A stretch of DNA of 64,000 nt. Origin: Parasitella parasitica NRRL 2501 (Eukaryota; Fungi; Mucoromycota). Where the stretch lies: positions 90,507-154,506 of the forward strand of contig MU619277.1 of the NCBI GenBank assembly GCA_025201805.1. Reading direction: 5' to 3'. The notes beneath the pieces are model-generated. The model was not told where the DNA came from. It saw only the letters and a program-made list of their open reading frames with translations, and searched no databases. The translations under genes were made by a program, and so were the position numbers. Positions 11,972-24,690 of the stretch are shown piece by piece (position 1 is the stretch's first letter; each line of letters opens with the position of its first letter).

Positions 11972-12499
11972 AAGTTTACTGTTTAGTTTTCTTTTATATA
12001 CGCATATTTATCATCATTAACTGTATCATATTTTCATGCCAATAACCAATGTCCTAAAATAAAGCTCACATTATATTCATTCCATGTTTTGCACTCTCTT
12101 CAACGCAGCGGGTCCACTTCGAATCTTAAAATTCATTTCTCAACTTTTCAAATTCGCTTCGGTCTCCTTCTTGCAACTCACTCTTCTGTCACTCAAAATT
12201 CGTTTTTGTCATCAGACGAGCAAGGCGATGAGGCAATATGTTTTGAGATGGAAGTCGAACCTACAATGTAGCTCCGTCGGCTCTTTATTGTTGAAACTAA
12301 CAAATAGCTTGATTCAAAAAAATGGTGATTAGCAGAAGTATAACCGTTTATTTTGACAGTAAACACCAAGAAAGTAACAGAATGATAATAACCGGAAAAA
12401 AAATTGCATCAAAACGGGATGCTTGTAAATGAAAAATTGTTTACCTTTAAAACAATATAGCAAAGATAGTTCTTCGGCTTGCCTCATTTCAAATAATTA

Positions 12500-12760
12500 T
12501 TGTTGGCAAATAAACAATTGATTACAGCAACCGTAGTACGGAAAAACCTAAATAATGAATTATATTTTTTTCTTCTTCCTTTGCACTTGGTCTCTTTGAG
12601 AATTAGCTTGGCAACGTCTTTAAGCATTTTGACGCTTATATAATATATGTCATAACGCCTTTGAAGAGTCTCATGCTGGAGCTTAGACAAAGTGGCTGTA
12701 TTACTATTGTTAACCATGTAGATTATAATTTGTTTATGCCCCTCCTTGAGTATGCTTCTT
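12500..12760 (-). mobile_element. Degenerate Tc1/mariner (IS630-like) transposase HTH-region fragment
   Basis: SILKEGHKQIIIYMVNNSNTATLSKLQHETL...MLKDVAKLILKETK resembles the second HTH region (L.EEHK..I...VD.NP.ATL) of Mucorales DDE_3 transposases. Confidence 0.4.
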
Positions 12761-13007
12761 TGTCATTATTCATATGCTTGTTTGATGTTTTGGTAAAAGA
12801 ATTGACATAAAATACATTTTATTCAATAATCAAATTACGGGTTGCCTCAGAGTAGTTGATTTGACATTACTTTGGTATCTGCCCTTCTCAATGCTAATAA
12901 TTAAGTCGTTGAATATACCTAAAAGAGTTTATATTGTTCGACAATTAAAAATGTATTGCGTTGATCTGTGCTTTAAATTTCTATTTTCAAGTATTAAAAG
13001 CAATAAC

Positions 13008-14230
13008 GGGCTGTTAAGCGCACGAAGGGGCTGAAAATTGACCTTCATTTTTTTGGGGGTCCACAGCTCGCACCTGCGGTACCAAGCAGGGTTCTTTATA
13101 TCTAGTTGCACGGTAGAACAGCTAGTCAAGCCTGTGCCATCTTTTCCATAATATTAGAATGTTTCAAAAGTGTGTGTCTTTGCAAAACCAGCTAATGTAG
13201 ATTTTAGGCGCACCTAATTTTTTTGGTCTAAATTTACGCAAATCTCAGTGCGCTATCGTCAGAAAAAGACAAAAACTGTAAGAAACAATTTTTAGCGACC
13301 TCAAATACAAAAACAAGTAATTCAAAGTAGTACATTACAATACAAGGCACCTTTTGATCACATATTTGCATAGCTTGGATCAAGTTTTTGGACTTTTTAA
13401 GTTGACATCAGATGAAGATAGCGACTTTTCTGACTTTTTTCGAAAAAGTATTTTTCTAAATCGGAGTGTGAGATCGTCAGGCCAGGTACAGACATGCAAG
13501 TACTACCATTAGAAAGCCAAAAAGCATACCATTTAGATAAACTAAACTGCAATTGTTTTTCTCTTGAATTGGGTAAGCTGTGGCCCCTTAAAGCTAATAC
13601 TTTCTTGAAAAAACCACCATTTATTTTCTTTGAAAGCGGAGATTGAACACATCCAAAATCAGGAAGGAAAAGTTCTTTCAAAAACTCCATTTGGACATTT
13701 CGAAAAAAAAATTACTCCTTTGAGGCAAAATATCATTCTTTGGTACTATGCATACCACGGCTATCCGTCTATGATAATAGCTGTATTTTTGGGCGCTCTA
13801 CATGATGGTACCATTTCATAATTCCCGTATGCTTATGGAAGGAATTCTGCCGAGAAAACCTCAAAAGCAGATTAAGAGGAAAAAGTCAACATTTTGCTTA
13901 ATCAGAGCGCATTTTTAGTCTTTGAGACCAAAGAACGGTCTTTTACGATCATTTTCCTCCAATATAAGCTATAGTAAAAAATTGCATTTTTGAGGTCTAA
14001 ATTGAGGATAATGCATAATCGTTGATTTTGGATGCATGGATACAAGAAAAAAATCGAAAAAAATCCGTCATTTTGCATCGAAAAAAAAATCATGCTCAAA
14101 TTGCACCAAAATCATATACAATATAGTTTTTTCCCAATGGATACTATTTTTCGTGTTTTCAAGGCACTTTTGATTATAAAAATTAATCAAAAAATGGCAC
14201 ACGAAGCTGAATTTCTTGCTTTTTAGCTGT
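13008..14230. mobile_element. Probable non-autonomous DNA transposon remnant
   Basis: Non-coding, rich in A/T tracts, with a GC-rich left boundary (GGGCTGTTAAGCGCACG) and motifs typical of non-autonomous elements (TACCATTAGAAAGC, CTTTTCCATATAATAT, GGGCGCTCTACATGATGGTACC); TIR pair not resolved. Confidence 0.4.
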
Positions 14231-14660
14231 AAAAATTATCTATCTGGAGATGATATCACGTCAATATCAATTCTAGTACATGACACAGCTTTATAAAGTA
14301 AGTATTTTTGATGCCACAAGTATACCTTTGTTCATAGTAATATGATCAAACAGGTGAGGCTCTTCGAGTTGGTAGCAGAAGAGAATAAATAATGAATACG
14401 ATGCTTTGCTGTGATAACCCCTTGTCATTTGTGAATAATTCAAAACTTGCTAATTGCTAGGGACACAGAAGCCCTACTACCATTGTTGCTTATAATAATG
14501 CTTAGTGACAATTCAAAAGTTCTGTTTTTTGTAATTCTAAAGCTAGACATGTAAAATGGAAAGTAAAATAGAGATTAGGATTGAGGTTGAGAGTAATTTT
14601 ATTAGCAAAAGTTAAGCTTTATAATAAGCTTCTGATAAATTCCAGGTTCCAGGTCTCAGG

Positions 14661-14755
14661 TACTGTAGAGTATCAAAGTCTGAATAGGGGATAACTCGCT
14701 ATACCAAACAAATTTGTGTACACCAACCCGTCCGTTATAACAAGTCCCGACTGTA
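14661..14755 (-). mobile_element. pogo/Tigger-like terminus (reverse complement TA|CAGTCGGGACTTGTTATAACGG), no full partner found
   Basis: TA followed by CAGTC...GTTATAACG, typical of pogo-family TIRs. Confidence 0.55.
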
Positions 14756-15669
14756 TATTCATTTCTTGATTTACTTAACTCAATAGATGTAATATGAAAT
14801 GAAAATGCAAAGTTATAAAATAGAGATTGCCATTTGCTTGAATATGCTACGATTTTTGAAAAGAAATATAATTGACTGAGAAAACAGAATAAAATGGTTG
14901 GTTCAAACTTTGATTTCACGGGTAAATTGCCATTGTTTAAATGCATTTAGACGGATACGTACAACTAAATGCCTTATTAGTATATGCAGCTTGGTACTTT
15001 GATGCTTTGATGGTTTTGTAATTCAGCCATTTTTTAGTTTGTATACCTATGCAATTCTATAGACTTGTCTAAATATTCGAGCTCATTTAGATGTTTAATA
15101 TCTATCGAATGTATCTGAAGTAATTTATCAACGTTTAAACTTTATGGAATTTAAACAATTTTAAATTGTGGTTCGTTGATGGTTGTTCAGTTTTAGGTTC
15201 TGAAGTACATGTCGATAGTGTTGATAAAGAATTTTTATTGTATGGAAAAATAACACCAATGTTTCGGTTGAAAACGCCTAGCAACGTTTTTCTTTCCTTA
15301 ATTTATTTTTAAATCAAAACCAAATGTAAGGTCGCCAACTATCAATACCAGAGGTTCATATAAACTGAACATAACAATAAAATGAGGTCTTCAAACCCCA
15401 TAAAAGAATATCTTAACGTACGCTATGAAGAGAAATTAGCTCTCATGATCTCTCTTTCTCAAAAAATAAGAAGACTCATTGAAGAAGCGGGATCCCCTTA
15501 TTTTCTGTCATTAATAAATGGTTAAAGAGTATGTGGCTTCGAGTGGCTATTGATGACCTTTCAAGACAAACAAGAATAATACCAAGATAATAACTCTAAT
15601 CATGTCTGAAACTTCACCTATCATATATAGTGAAGCTAATATCAAAAATGCATTGAGCATAATGCCTTC

Positions 15670-16025
15670 GAACCAATCAAGGGAAACTACCATTGGATGT
15701 AGTAATTTATGTTAAGACCTCAGTATGGGAAGCATGTTTATTAAAGATGAACGAATACTGCAGTATTAAATGGACAATACTAAGGAAATGGTAGAGTAGT
15801 GACAAGTGGTATTTGGAGAAACAAAACAATGCTATCGAAGTGGAGCATACGAATCCAAGCGATCTGTACGTAATGATCAAAAGGACAGTAAACGCTGTGG
15901 GTGTGTAGTGCAACTGAATACTGCTAGCTATCATGCAAATGTGCCAGCTCATTTAAGATCAGATGTTGTAGAGATCAAACTTTTGTAAGATCAGACAAAT
16001 CATGCTCCTGGTGATTTAAGAGGAC
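15670..16025 (+). mobile_element. Mutator-like (MULE) transposase N-terminal FAR1/WRKY-like zinc domain remnant
   Basis: CYRSGAYESKRSVRNDQKDSKRCGC...VEIKLL*DQTNHAPG fits the CxRxG...SKxCGC...(H)xNHxPG pattern, with stops. Confidence 0.7.
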
Positions 16026-16954
16026 TGGGCATGTTGCCTATCAACAGAGAAACTGCCCAAATTCATAGTTTAGGGACAATTGCTTGAGTGCCTTTTGCAG
16101 GTCTTGCTGTGAGGGGTCTCATGTTGATATCAAATGCCAACTTTTCCAAAATGACCTAATTGTTCAGATAATCCATATCTGTCCGAGACCAACTATTTCC
16201 TCTTGATGCGCGTTTTTTCACAGCTTCTAGCCACAAAATAACTAGTGATTCAGTTGACAGTCAAGTTGCATTGATCTTCTTCAGTAGACTCTTTCAAGCC
16301 AAGGCCCGTGAATGCTGTGCAAAGGCCATCATTGATATCCTTGCGAGTTGCTTGATTACTAAATGCTTACTTTCTTCCTGCAGTTGAGAGTCAGCACGAT
16401 TGGCTTTGTTCGTAAGCTTGCCGTATATGCCCCACTCGAAGACAGGCAAAATCTTCTTCTGCTGGATAAAAAGGATGTTTAAATTTGCTCATCCCCTCCT
16501 CTTTTTAATACGAATATGAAATAATATATAGCGCCTGAGCTGATGGGAACAAACTGTTTCCAACCATTTAGCGGTAGCAAAGACAGTTTTGGACTATTAA
16601 ACATATGGCTTGCAAGAAAACAGAAACACCACTTTTGTTACTAGATCATCAACAAAACATCAAAAAATATGGATAGATAACAAAAGCTTTCCATTAACCA
16701 TAGACTATTGAATTCGTCTGTAATGGAATGCATCGCTTGATCAGTCATTCTTTGGGTTTCATTTGACATTAGACAGACGTTTAGAGTGTCGAGCTGATGA
16801 ATAAAAGAAGAAGTAGTAGATGAATTCCAAATGTTGGGAACTCTCGATGCAGCCGTTTCAAAATCGAAATGGGTGAAACCCTTAAATGTAAAGGTGTAAT
16901 TGCCTAAATTTCTCTTTTTTTTTTTTGTGTTTAAAATAAATACATCCATACAAA

Positions 16955-18632
16955 ATGCCATTTGGGTTTGCAGCAAAGTTTTGTAAAGAGTGGGCTCGCG
17001 TATCTTTGTGGTCATTTTTTTCAAAGGTTCTTATCGAAGGTTATGAAGATGCTACCACAGAAAATCAACCCTATATCTTGTAAGAGCTAAATAAACTAGA
17101 AATATAAAATAGCTAATACTCGCACAGTGCTGCAACACACCAAAACATGTTGCTGGATCCAGCTGTACTCTGCAAAGCATGTTCAAACGAATACCTCCAT
17201 TACTGGGCCAAACACTCAATATTTGTTAATAAATACGCCGCAAAGTTTTTAAACAGTGTTGGCTGTGTTCCTGTTGATCGAAAATCTAAAGACCATCATA
17301 GCCTCTACCAAGCAACGTTTGATGTAATGGATTTGAAAGAGTCCATTGCTATATTTCCAAAGGAACTAGCCATACTTTGTCCCACATGAGTAAATTGAAA
17401 GATGGCGCTGCTTTTGTAAGTATAATTTGAAGCTTATGCAAGTTTATCTAATTTAAGCTCCCATACACAGGTCGCATTAGAATATGCTAACTCATTAAAG
17501 GTCAAGCCTAGATACAATAAACACGGACAGTTGATAAAACCTGCTGCTATTGTCCCTGTTGGCATCGTTTACACAGATAAAACCAAGTATCGTAGTGAAG
17601 TCTTAGTGAGGTAAGCTATATGCAGATGCCCCCCTCCCTCCTTCTTTGACACTAAATACAGCAAAGCAGATTTGGCAAGCCAATTCAAATGGCATATTAT
17701 GTAGCAGATTTCGAGAAAACACCTAAAACAACTGCAAAAGCAGTTACCAAAGCATTAGAGGATGCACTATTGAGTTTAACCGTCAATTCGCCTGATTGGC
17801 TCAGTCGAAAAAGCGCTGCCATGGCCAGAGAAATGCTGTTTCCTGCTGAGTATGGCGATATGACCGATTTTGTTCAGGTATCGCAAAGGTAAATAGGACA
17901 ATATATACCCAGCCAAAAGTATGAAGTGATATTCATGGTAAATACTGCTACACCTATAGTCTGATCAACATTTTTGTTCAGCAACGGGGAATGAATCACC
18001 TAGCAGATAACTTATACGCCTACAGTTGCGAACTGAGCGATCTAAAGTTACGAGAAACTGATCTCACGTGTTACGACGACAAGCTCCTACCCAGAACCAT
18101 CACCAAGGATTTTTTAAACAAGTCTTTGCTATAATTAGCAGACTTGCCTTTGGCATTTCCTGTCATTGTGGCACATGTGCCTCTTTATATCATCAGTCAT
18201 CACTATGCCAAGCATGAAGTGCATGTCGAAGTCAAAGCACAAGACAAAATACTACATGCGACGTTGATAGTCCCTGTTGTCTACTTACTTCTCTTTGTTT
18301 GGGAGTGGTATTATCTCTATAGTCTCACATTTTATGGCTTTTTTCTTGCCATCATAACAGCCATCATCTTCTTTTGGCTGCATGTTGTATCCATTGATGC
18401 AAGATATGAACAAATCAAGCAATGGAAAGGCGCTTTTTACTTGTTTGATGCATTTGTCTTGAAGCGAGGTTTGGGCAATTGCGAAAAACGCATCATGGAG
18501 GTTGTCAAGCTTAGGAATATTATCCAAAATGATCTTGCACGGGTATTCAAGAGCAATGTTGAAGCTGATAGCGTCGATTTGGATGCAAAAGCAGTTATGC
18601 AAGCAATTAAATGTCGAGCTGTATTAGAATAA
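16955..18632 (+). CDS. Glycerol-3-phosphate O-acyltransferase (PlsC fold, Gpt2/Sct1-like) with a 1-nt frameshift at about 17360; pseudogene or sequencing error
   Basis: HX4D motif ATHQNMLLDP, PVDRK, frame-broken FP(E)GTSHTL...LKDGAAF, IVPVGIVY, C-terminal TMs. Confidence 0.85.
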
Positions 18633-19149
18633 TCGTCAACAATACACACATAAAAACATTGCAAAATCCTTTAGATGTTTTATTTGATCTTACTGCGATT
18701 ATACAGTGGAAATACATCAGATAGTAACTAAAAAGTCTGGAAAACCAATTTGATGTGGTTATGAGCACTTGGTTCGACTGGCAAAAGATTGAATTTTAAG
18801 CTATTAAAATTCAAGTACGTCTGGTAAAAACCAAGTGCCCTCTCTTCAGTCAGCTCATCCCGGCATTCCGTTGATCTCTAAAGAGCGCTCATCAGATGTC
18901 ATATCGATAGAATATTAGTATGATTTATCAAGAAAGACATATTTTGAAAGACGGAATAGATTGATCACACCAATTGCCATACCATATACCAACGTTATCT
19001 GAAAATCTAGTAAGAGTAATAGCACATCAACCCGGGATTTTAAAGCGAAAAGGTTTGTTCCCTGTGACTGGGCGCTGCAACAATATCTTTGAAGCGTAAC
19101 TTGACAAAGATATAAACCTTCCCTTTTACCAAGCCTTCGACACAGTAAT

Positions 19150-19919
19150 ATGACTGTAAGTTATCATATATCACTGTAGCATGTAAATTATCAAAGCAAA
19201 AACATGAGACACAAGCATTATCCATGTCATATATACCACGCGCAATGTAGATGGATGGACTAGATGGATGGATGGATGGAGATGAGCTTTGACAGTGCTT
19301 CAAATTCAGATTTCAAAGTCTGTGTAAAAAAAATTAAAACCAGGCCTGATGAATTATCACCGTTATCATGGCAACCTAAAATATTGATAATTCGCATCAA
19401 TAAACGACATTGCTGTCTATTCAGCAAGAGGACAGCTTAGTGTTTTGGAGCTATTGTCAACATGGCATATCAATACTACAGTTTTACAAAGCTACTACAT
19501 GTGCGTGTGTATATAGACAATGCTGTTATACTGCGCCGTGATCACATGTTGCTGCTGCGGTAGTTTACATACCATTGCCAATATTTACTAATTTAATCTT
19601 ATGATCTGTTAGTTGGCCGTCGATCTTCTTAACCCTTCCGTTGAACACGAGAAGCGCTCTCACAAGCTCAAGAGACTTGTGCAGTCTCCCAACTCTTACT
19701 TTATGGATGTCAAGTGTCCTGGTAAGTTTATGAATATAGCTTGGAAAAGAAATGTCATCTCATTCGTTTTGCTTGTCAGGTTGTTTGAACATTAGCACCG
19801 TTTTTAGCCACGCTCAAACCGTTGTTTTGTGTTCTTCTTGCGCTACCGTTTTGTGCCAACCCACTGGTGGTCGTGCTCGTTTAACTGAAGGTTGTTCTTT
19901 CCGTAGAAAGGCCAACTAA
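19150..19919 (+). CDS. RPS27: 40S ribosomal protein S27 (eS27), exons 19150-19155, 19613-19721, 19780-19919
   Basis: MT|LAVDLLNP...[53 protein letters not shown]; pyrimidine tract upstream of the ATG. Confidence 0.97.
19345..19573 (+). ncRNA. Candidate intronic H/ACA-type snoRNA or structured RNA in RPS27 intron 1
   Basis: Hairpin TGATGAATTATCA/TGATAATTCGCATCA, H-box-like AAACGA, internal stems, and 3' hairpin TACTGCG/TGCGGTA followed by ACA+3 nt, in a 457-nt intron. Confidence 0.5.
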
Positions 19920-20921
19920 AGTGTTTCCTTACAACAAGTTATCGCTTTTTTTTTTTCAAACAAAAAAAAAAAAAATCAATAAAATTAACGAAACCTCTTT
20001 TCCTTCAACAAACGAAGGCTAAGCCTAAATAACATCTTGTTCTCCCTTGGTTTTCATTTGCATTTAAAATCATCAGTATTCGCTCGATGTATAAACTCGT
20101 ACAAATGTTAATGTTATGGTCATGTCAAGAGGCTTCCTAATGTTCTTGTCCAAGCATACCCAAATGTAAATGTTTCAAGTTATTCAACTTGTTCAACAAT
20201 AACCTTATGCTCAATACGAGGGAGTAGGTATAGGTTGCGATCAAACGCTTTTTGATCTGATGATATCCAATCTTCAACACCTTTTTTTCCTTGAAAAAAC
20301 TAGATTTAATGAAAATACTTACCTCGAATTTGAAGGTGTACACGTCGTTCACCCGTTCATATGGTCATATTTCCATTATAACGTTTCGTAGCAGCTTTAT
20401 TTAGATAAACTCCCGTCCTCTTTTATCCTCTCTATAGTTTGCACTGTATCGTTATCTAATCCATAAAAATCTGCTTTTTATATTCATGTCATTTACTGCG
20501 GAATGGGCGGAATAAGGGCTATACTACAATATTATAAAACCTTTTTACTATTCTTCATTTGCTTGGCTGTGAGGCAATTAGGAACCCTTTACCCCAAACA
20601 TCAGGCCTTGCTTTTGATTTCAACTATTTGTACAGGCACTAGAGACTATATTCCATCATATTATAATTAGTGACCATAATGAGTGCAAACCTACTTAATA
20701 TACTTCTTTAAGGCAGGTTTTGTCAGTGGTGAATGAGAAGGCAGTGACCTTTCAAGGATCATTGAGCAACCGTTTATGTAAGAAATGTTTGATATTGACA
20801 TTATCAGAAAAACGAGCTCTACATGCATGTATTATCATCCTCATATCCTTGAGAAAAATTTGCGATTCAAAACGTAAAACGATTTTCACCCTATAAATCA
20901 CATTATTTATCTGTCTAAAAT

Positions 20922-21700
20922 CTAAGAATTTATTATTGCAGTAGTCGCTGTAGTAAAGTCGTAATAAAATATCAGAGCATCAACGAGCTTGTCAGGGCTA
21001 TTTTTTAATCTACCAGCATTGGGAACACGGCCTATTTGCTGGAAACCTAATTTTCTCCAAATGGCAATTGAGGCAGGATTGTTTTCAAAGACAAGATTAA
21101 ACATCGAAGCTTTGTAACCAATAGCAGGAACCAATACTTTAAATGCTTCGCCCATTACAACGCCAGCACCTTTACCACGATGACTATCCATGACGAAAAA
21201 TCCACCGTTACATATATGAGAACATCTTCCTGGATAATTTGGCTTGATGTAAAACATGCCTACCACTTTCTTGTCCCAGTTGTAGGCTGTGTTGGGGTCA
21301 ATTAAGCCATCCAAAGACATCACAAAAGCGTCAGACCTATTTAACTGATTAGTGACATTGCTCTTGAATATTTACCAATCCAAGCTGTTATTTACCCTAA
21401 AAAATAATCTCTAAATTGCTTCTCATCAAGTAAATTCTCTTGCGGATATGTAGAACTATTTTTACAAAAGTGGTTTAGTGCGTCCTGTCATCTAAACAAA
21501 GAGGGATACATATATACACACCCATCCTCGATCTCTTGATTAAAGCGAGCATGCAAATGGTCAACTAAAGGCTTATTACTAGAATCTACTTTTTGAATCA
21601 GGCCTTCAGTGCCATTACGCAATATCTTAGAAATAGGTAAAATGGCTTCCAAGTCTACAGTCGTTACTGGTTTTGGGATTTTGCCGTATGCCGTTGACAT
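20922..21700 (-). CDS. MPR1: GNAT N-acetyltransferase, Mpr1/Aca1 (L-azetidine-2-carboxylate acetyltransferase) family
   Basis: GMFYIKPNYPGRCSHICNGGF, RGKGAG, YKASMFNLVFENNPAS, GRVPNAGRL. Confidence 0.88.
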
Positions 21701-22010
21701 TATATTCTAAATGATAAGAAAGGGAGCAAAAATAAAAACCAAACAATTTATATACCCAGCGAATGGGTAAAACTTTTCCAACTTCTTTGGATAATCGATT
21801 TACAGGAAGCTTGCCCGTGTTGAAAGTGCCATTTGAAAATCAGATCTAACAAAAGCTGGATCAACGGTAGCTGTCTTTATAAAATGAGTGCAATTTGGTG
21901 ATATGCTGCGTCAAAAAAAAAAACCTCTATCCCAAACACATCATGTAACTTGATAAAATGCGAATGTGCATGAATTGAGAAAAAGGGCAATGGTAAAAAT
22001 CAATTTTAGT

Positions 22011-22014
<4 letters not shown>

Positions 22015-22052
<38 letters not shown>
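22015..22052 (+). repeat. Poly(A) homopolymer, about 38 nt
   Basis: Directly visible. Confidence 0.9.
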
Positions 22053-22055
<3 letters not shown>

Positions 22056-22236
22056 AGAGAAATCAGAGTGCGCTGAAGAGGTATCGATGACAAAAGTAAA
22101 GTTAAAAGTTGATACGTTATTAAAAATGTTGATATGGTGTATGTATAATGTTGTGTAAATGTGTTGAAAAGTGGAGATGATTTGTATTGTATAGCGATTT
22201 TGTGATGTTCCAAATGGACCAGGGCCGATCGACACC

Positions 22237-23563
22237 CTAATCCAATTGCCATACATTGTCTTGAACAAATTCAGCAATTGATTCAAAGAAACCACTCTAA
22301 TGAAAAACAGTGTTGGTCGAAACAAACTACGACAAGTGCAAATAACAGCTTGATTCCTACCTGCATACATGTATCGTTGTGTGTTCCATTCTCAAAATCT
22401 CTCCAAACTTTGACTCCACTTGTTTGCGATATGCTGTATAACTTTGCCATGTGTCCGGGAGGAACTAGCTCGTCTTTCAGGCTGGATAGAAATAGTATAG
22501 GAACATGGTGAACGTATTTGATCGTCTTGTAAGATCTCCATGTTTGATGCACCAAATACACCAAATGTCTTAATGCTGGAAATATGTGTGGGACGAGTAG
22601 AGGCTGTTGCAAATTAGCCTTTGCCTGGTCTTTTCAAAAATATTATACTTACCACGCTCAAAAACGTATTTTCAATAATCAATGCGTCAAACTTATCCTC
22701 ATTTCTCGATACAAGACTGATCGCAACTGATCCCCCCAGAGATTGACCGTAAGCTATTAATTTGGTATGTTTAAGAATTGGATGCTGTTTAATGTATTCA
22801 AGCATAGTCTAAATATTTATGTGTTACAAAAAAAAATACCCCATTAATTTTTTGTAGTTACCTGCGCGTCAATTTTAAGCCCTTTTTCAGTAGCTCTTCC
22901 TTCGCTGAGACCATATCTTTTCCCTTCCATGTCAATGATAATTTGCAGTGAAAAACAAAAATAAAACTTACCCTCTATACGACAGCATAACCACATTGTA
23001 ACCTAATTTCTTGTAAAATACTTGGGCAATTGGCAATCGATGACCCTGTGAATATTTTGATTAATGATTGTCACTCATTTTTATGTTGAATTGTGGTAGC
23101 CTAGACACACACGATCCAATCCCCCCCCCCTTTTTTTTTTCATAAAATAAACCCCATTCATTTACCATATTTCCAGTATGTGCCTAGAAAAATTCTATTT
23201 GTTACTTCGTTGCAATTGGTGAGAAAACAAATCTACTTACATGAAAACATACTACAGTGGGCGATTGTATCGCAACTTCTTCGCCGCGCTGAATCATGAC
23301 ATAGGATCGTATTTTATATCCATCTTTAGTCACCAATATAACTTCTTTATCAGGCAAGCCATATTGTGATGGTCTTGCCACCTAATTTTTGATTTTGTGA
23401 ATATAAAACTACGATAAAGCACATCAATACTTACTACTGTTCTTGACCCGGTCGGGAAACCTGCTGCATACAATAATTCGCACTGGTAGGTATATAGTAG
23501 TAATGACAGTGCTACCGTCACAGCGATTGCAAAGTATAATAAATATAGCAAGTAAATGATCAT
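22237..23563 (-). CDS. bem46: Bem46/ABHD13 alpha/beta hydrolase, multi-exon
   Basis: N-terminal TM, GNM|GHRLPIA, SYRGYG, YGQSLGG, IIENTFLS, DELVPP, HNDT. Confidence 0.92.
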
Positions 23564-24258
23564 TGGATCTTCTGTTGAAAAAATTCGAGCAAAGATAAAG
23601 TAAAGAGATAGAGAGAAAGAAAAAGAGATTGCTGCTGATCTCAAGGACGCTTCCTTTTTTTCTCTACACTAGAAATATTAAAAGAGGATGAAAAAGCAGT
23701 GAACGGTCGACAAACAACAAGCTCAAGAAAACCCCATTTCTCACGTGATACCCCCATCAAAAAACCTCAACAAGTCAATCTCTTGAAACTATCAAAGCCA
23801 ATATCGATTCAAAAACTATAAGAGAATATAAATTTGTGTCATTTCTGAACTTGCATCAATCATTAAGACGTTGACCAATCTTGGTCAATTCATATTCCCA
23901 AAGCATGAAAATATATTCAAACTAGGAAACCATGTCTTTCCAAAAAAAGGTTTGGGGGTGGAGATCAAGGAGATTCATTTTTTCACAGGCAATTCACTCA
24001 CTCAACCATGGCGTTTTAAACAACCGAAGTAGAACCATTATACATTTCCTACGCTATTGAAAATAAACAATGTGGGCCTTCGAGTATATAATGCTTACAC
24101 GACCAATTGAAGCCAAATGCAGCCATGTTTAGCTTTGTACCTATGTTGAAAATCCCTGAAAAGAATGTAATGTAAAATAGATTGAAAGACAAACAGTCTT
24201 GCTAAAACGATGATAAAGGATTATGCGCCCATATTTTATTAATTGAATATTCATTCCA

Positions 24259-24690
24259 ATGTCTTATCCTTCTTCGCCTCGAGGAAAAGTGCCTCCGCCT
24301 CCCCCAATGAGGCAAAATACAGAGAGAAGAACCATGCCAGCTCCTCCTCCACCAGTCAGCAATAACACAAGACACAATCATTTGCAGGAAACTAGCATGC
24401 AATCACCACTAAATCGTTTATCGACAATTCCTGTGCAATCAGCTTATCATAGTGTCGATATTGAGTTTCCTGAACCACCACAAACGGAAGCTGGTCGTTG
24501 GACTTTTCGTTCTCAAAAGGAATTTCCTCCTCCACCACCTTTTGAAAAAAAGTTGAAAAGATATCCCACAGGTGCAGAAACTGGTAGCTGTAAGATGGTC
24601 ATATTGTCTTGTAAAGCAAACTGATTACTCAAATTTTACTTGATTGTAGCGATTCCTATCGATTTATCCCATCTCCAGGTATATCAGTAG
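24259..24690 (+). CDS. Small proline-rich protein with a verprolin/WIP-type C-terminal WASP-binding motif; intron 24590-24649
   Basis: Polyproline tracts and GRWTFRSQKEFPPPPPFEKKLKRYPTG...SSIPIDLSHL; no WH2 domain seen. Confidence 0.7.

Noticed and set aside
19346-19353. TGATGA as a C/D snoRNA C box
   Set aside because: No downstream CTGA D box in the intron; the motif is part of a hairpin stem
23252-23262. TACAGTGGG as a Tc1-like terminus
   Set aside because: Falls within a Bem46 coding exon
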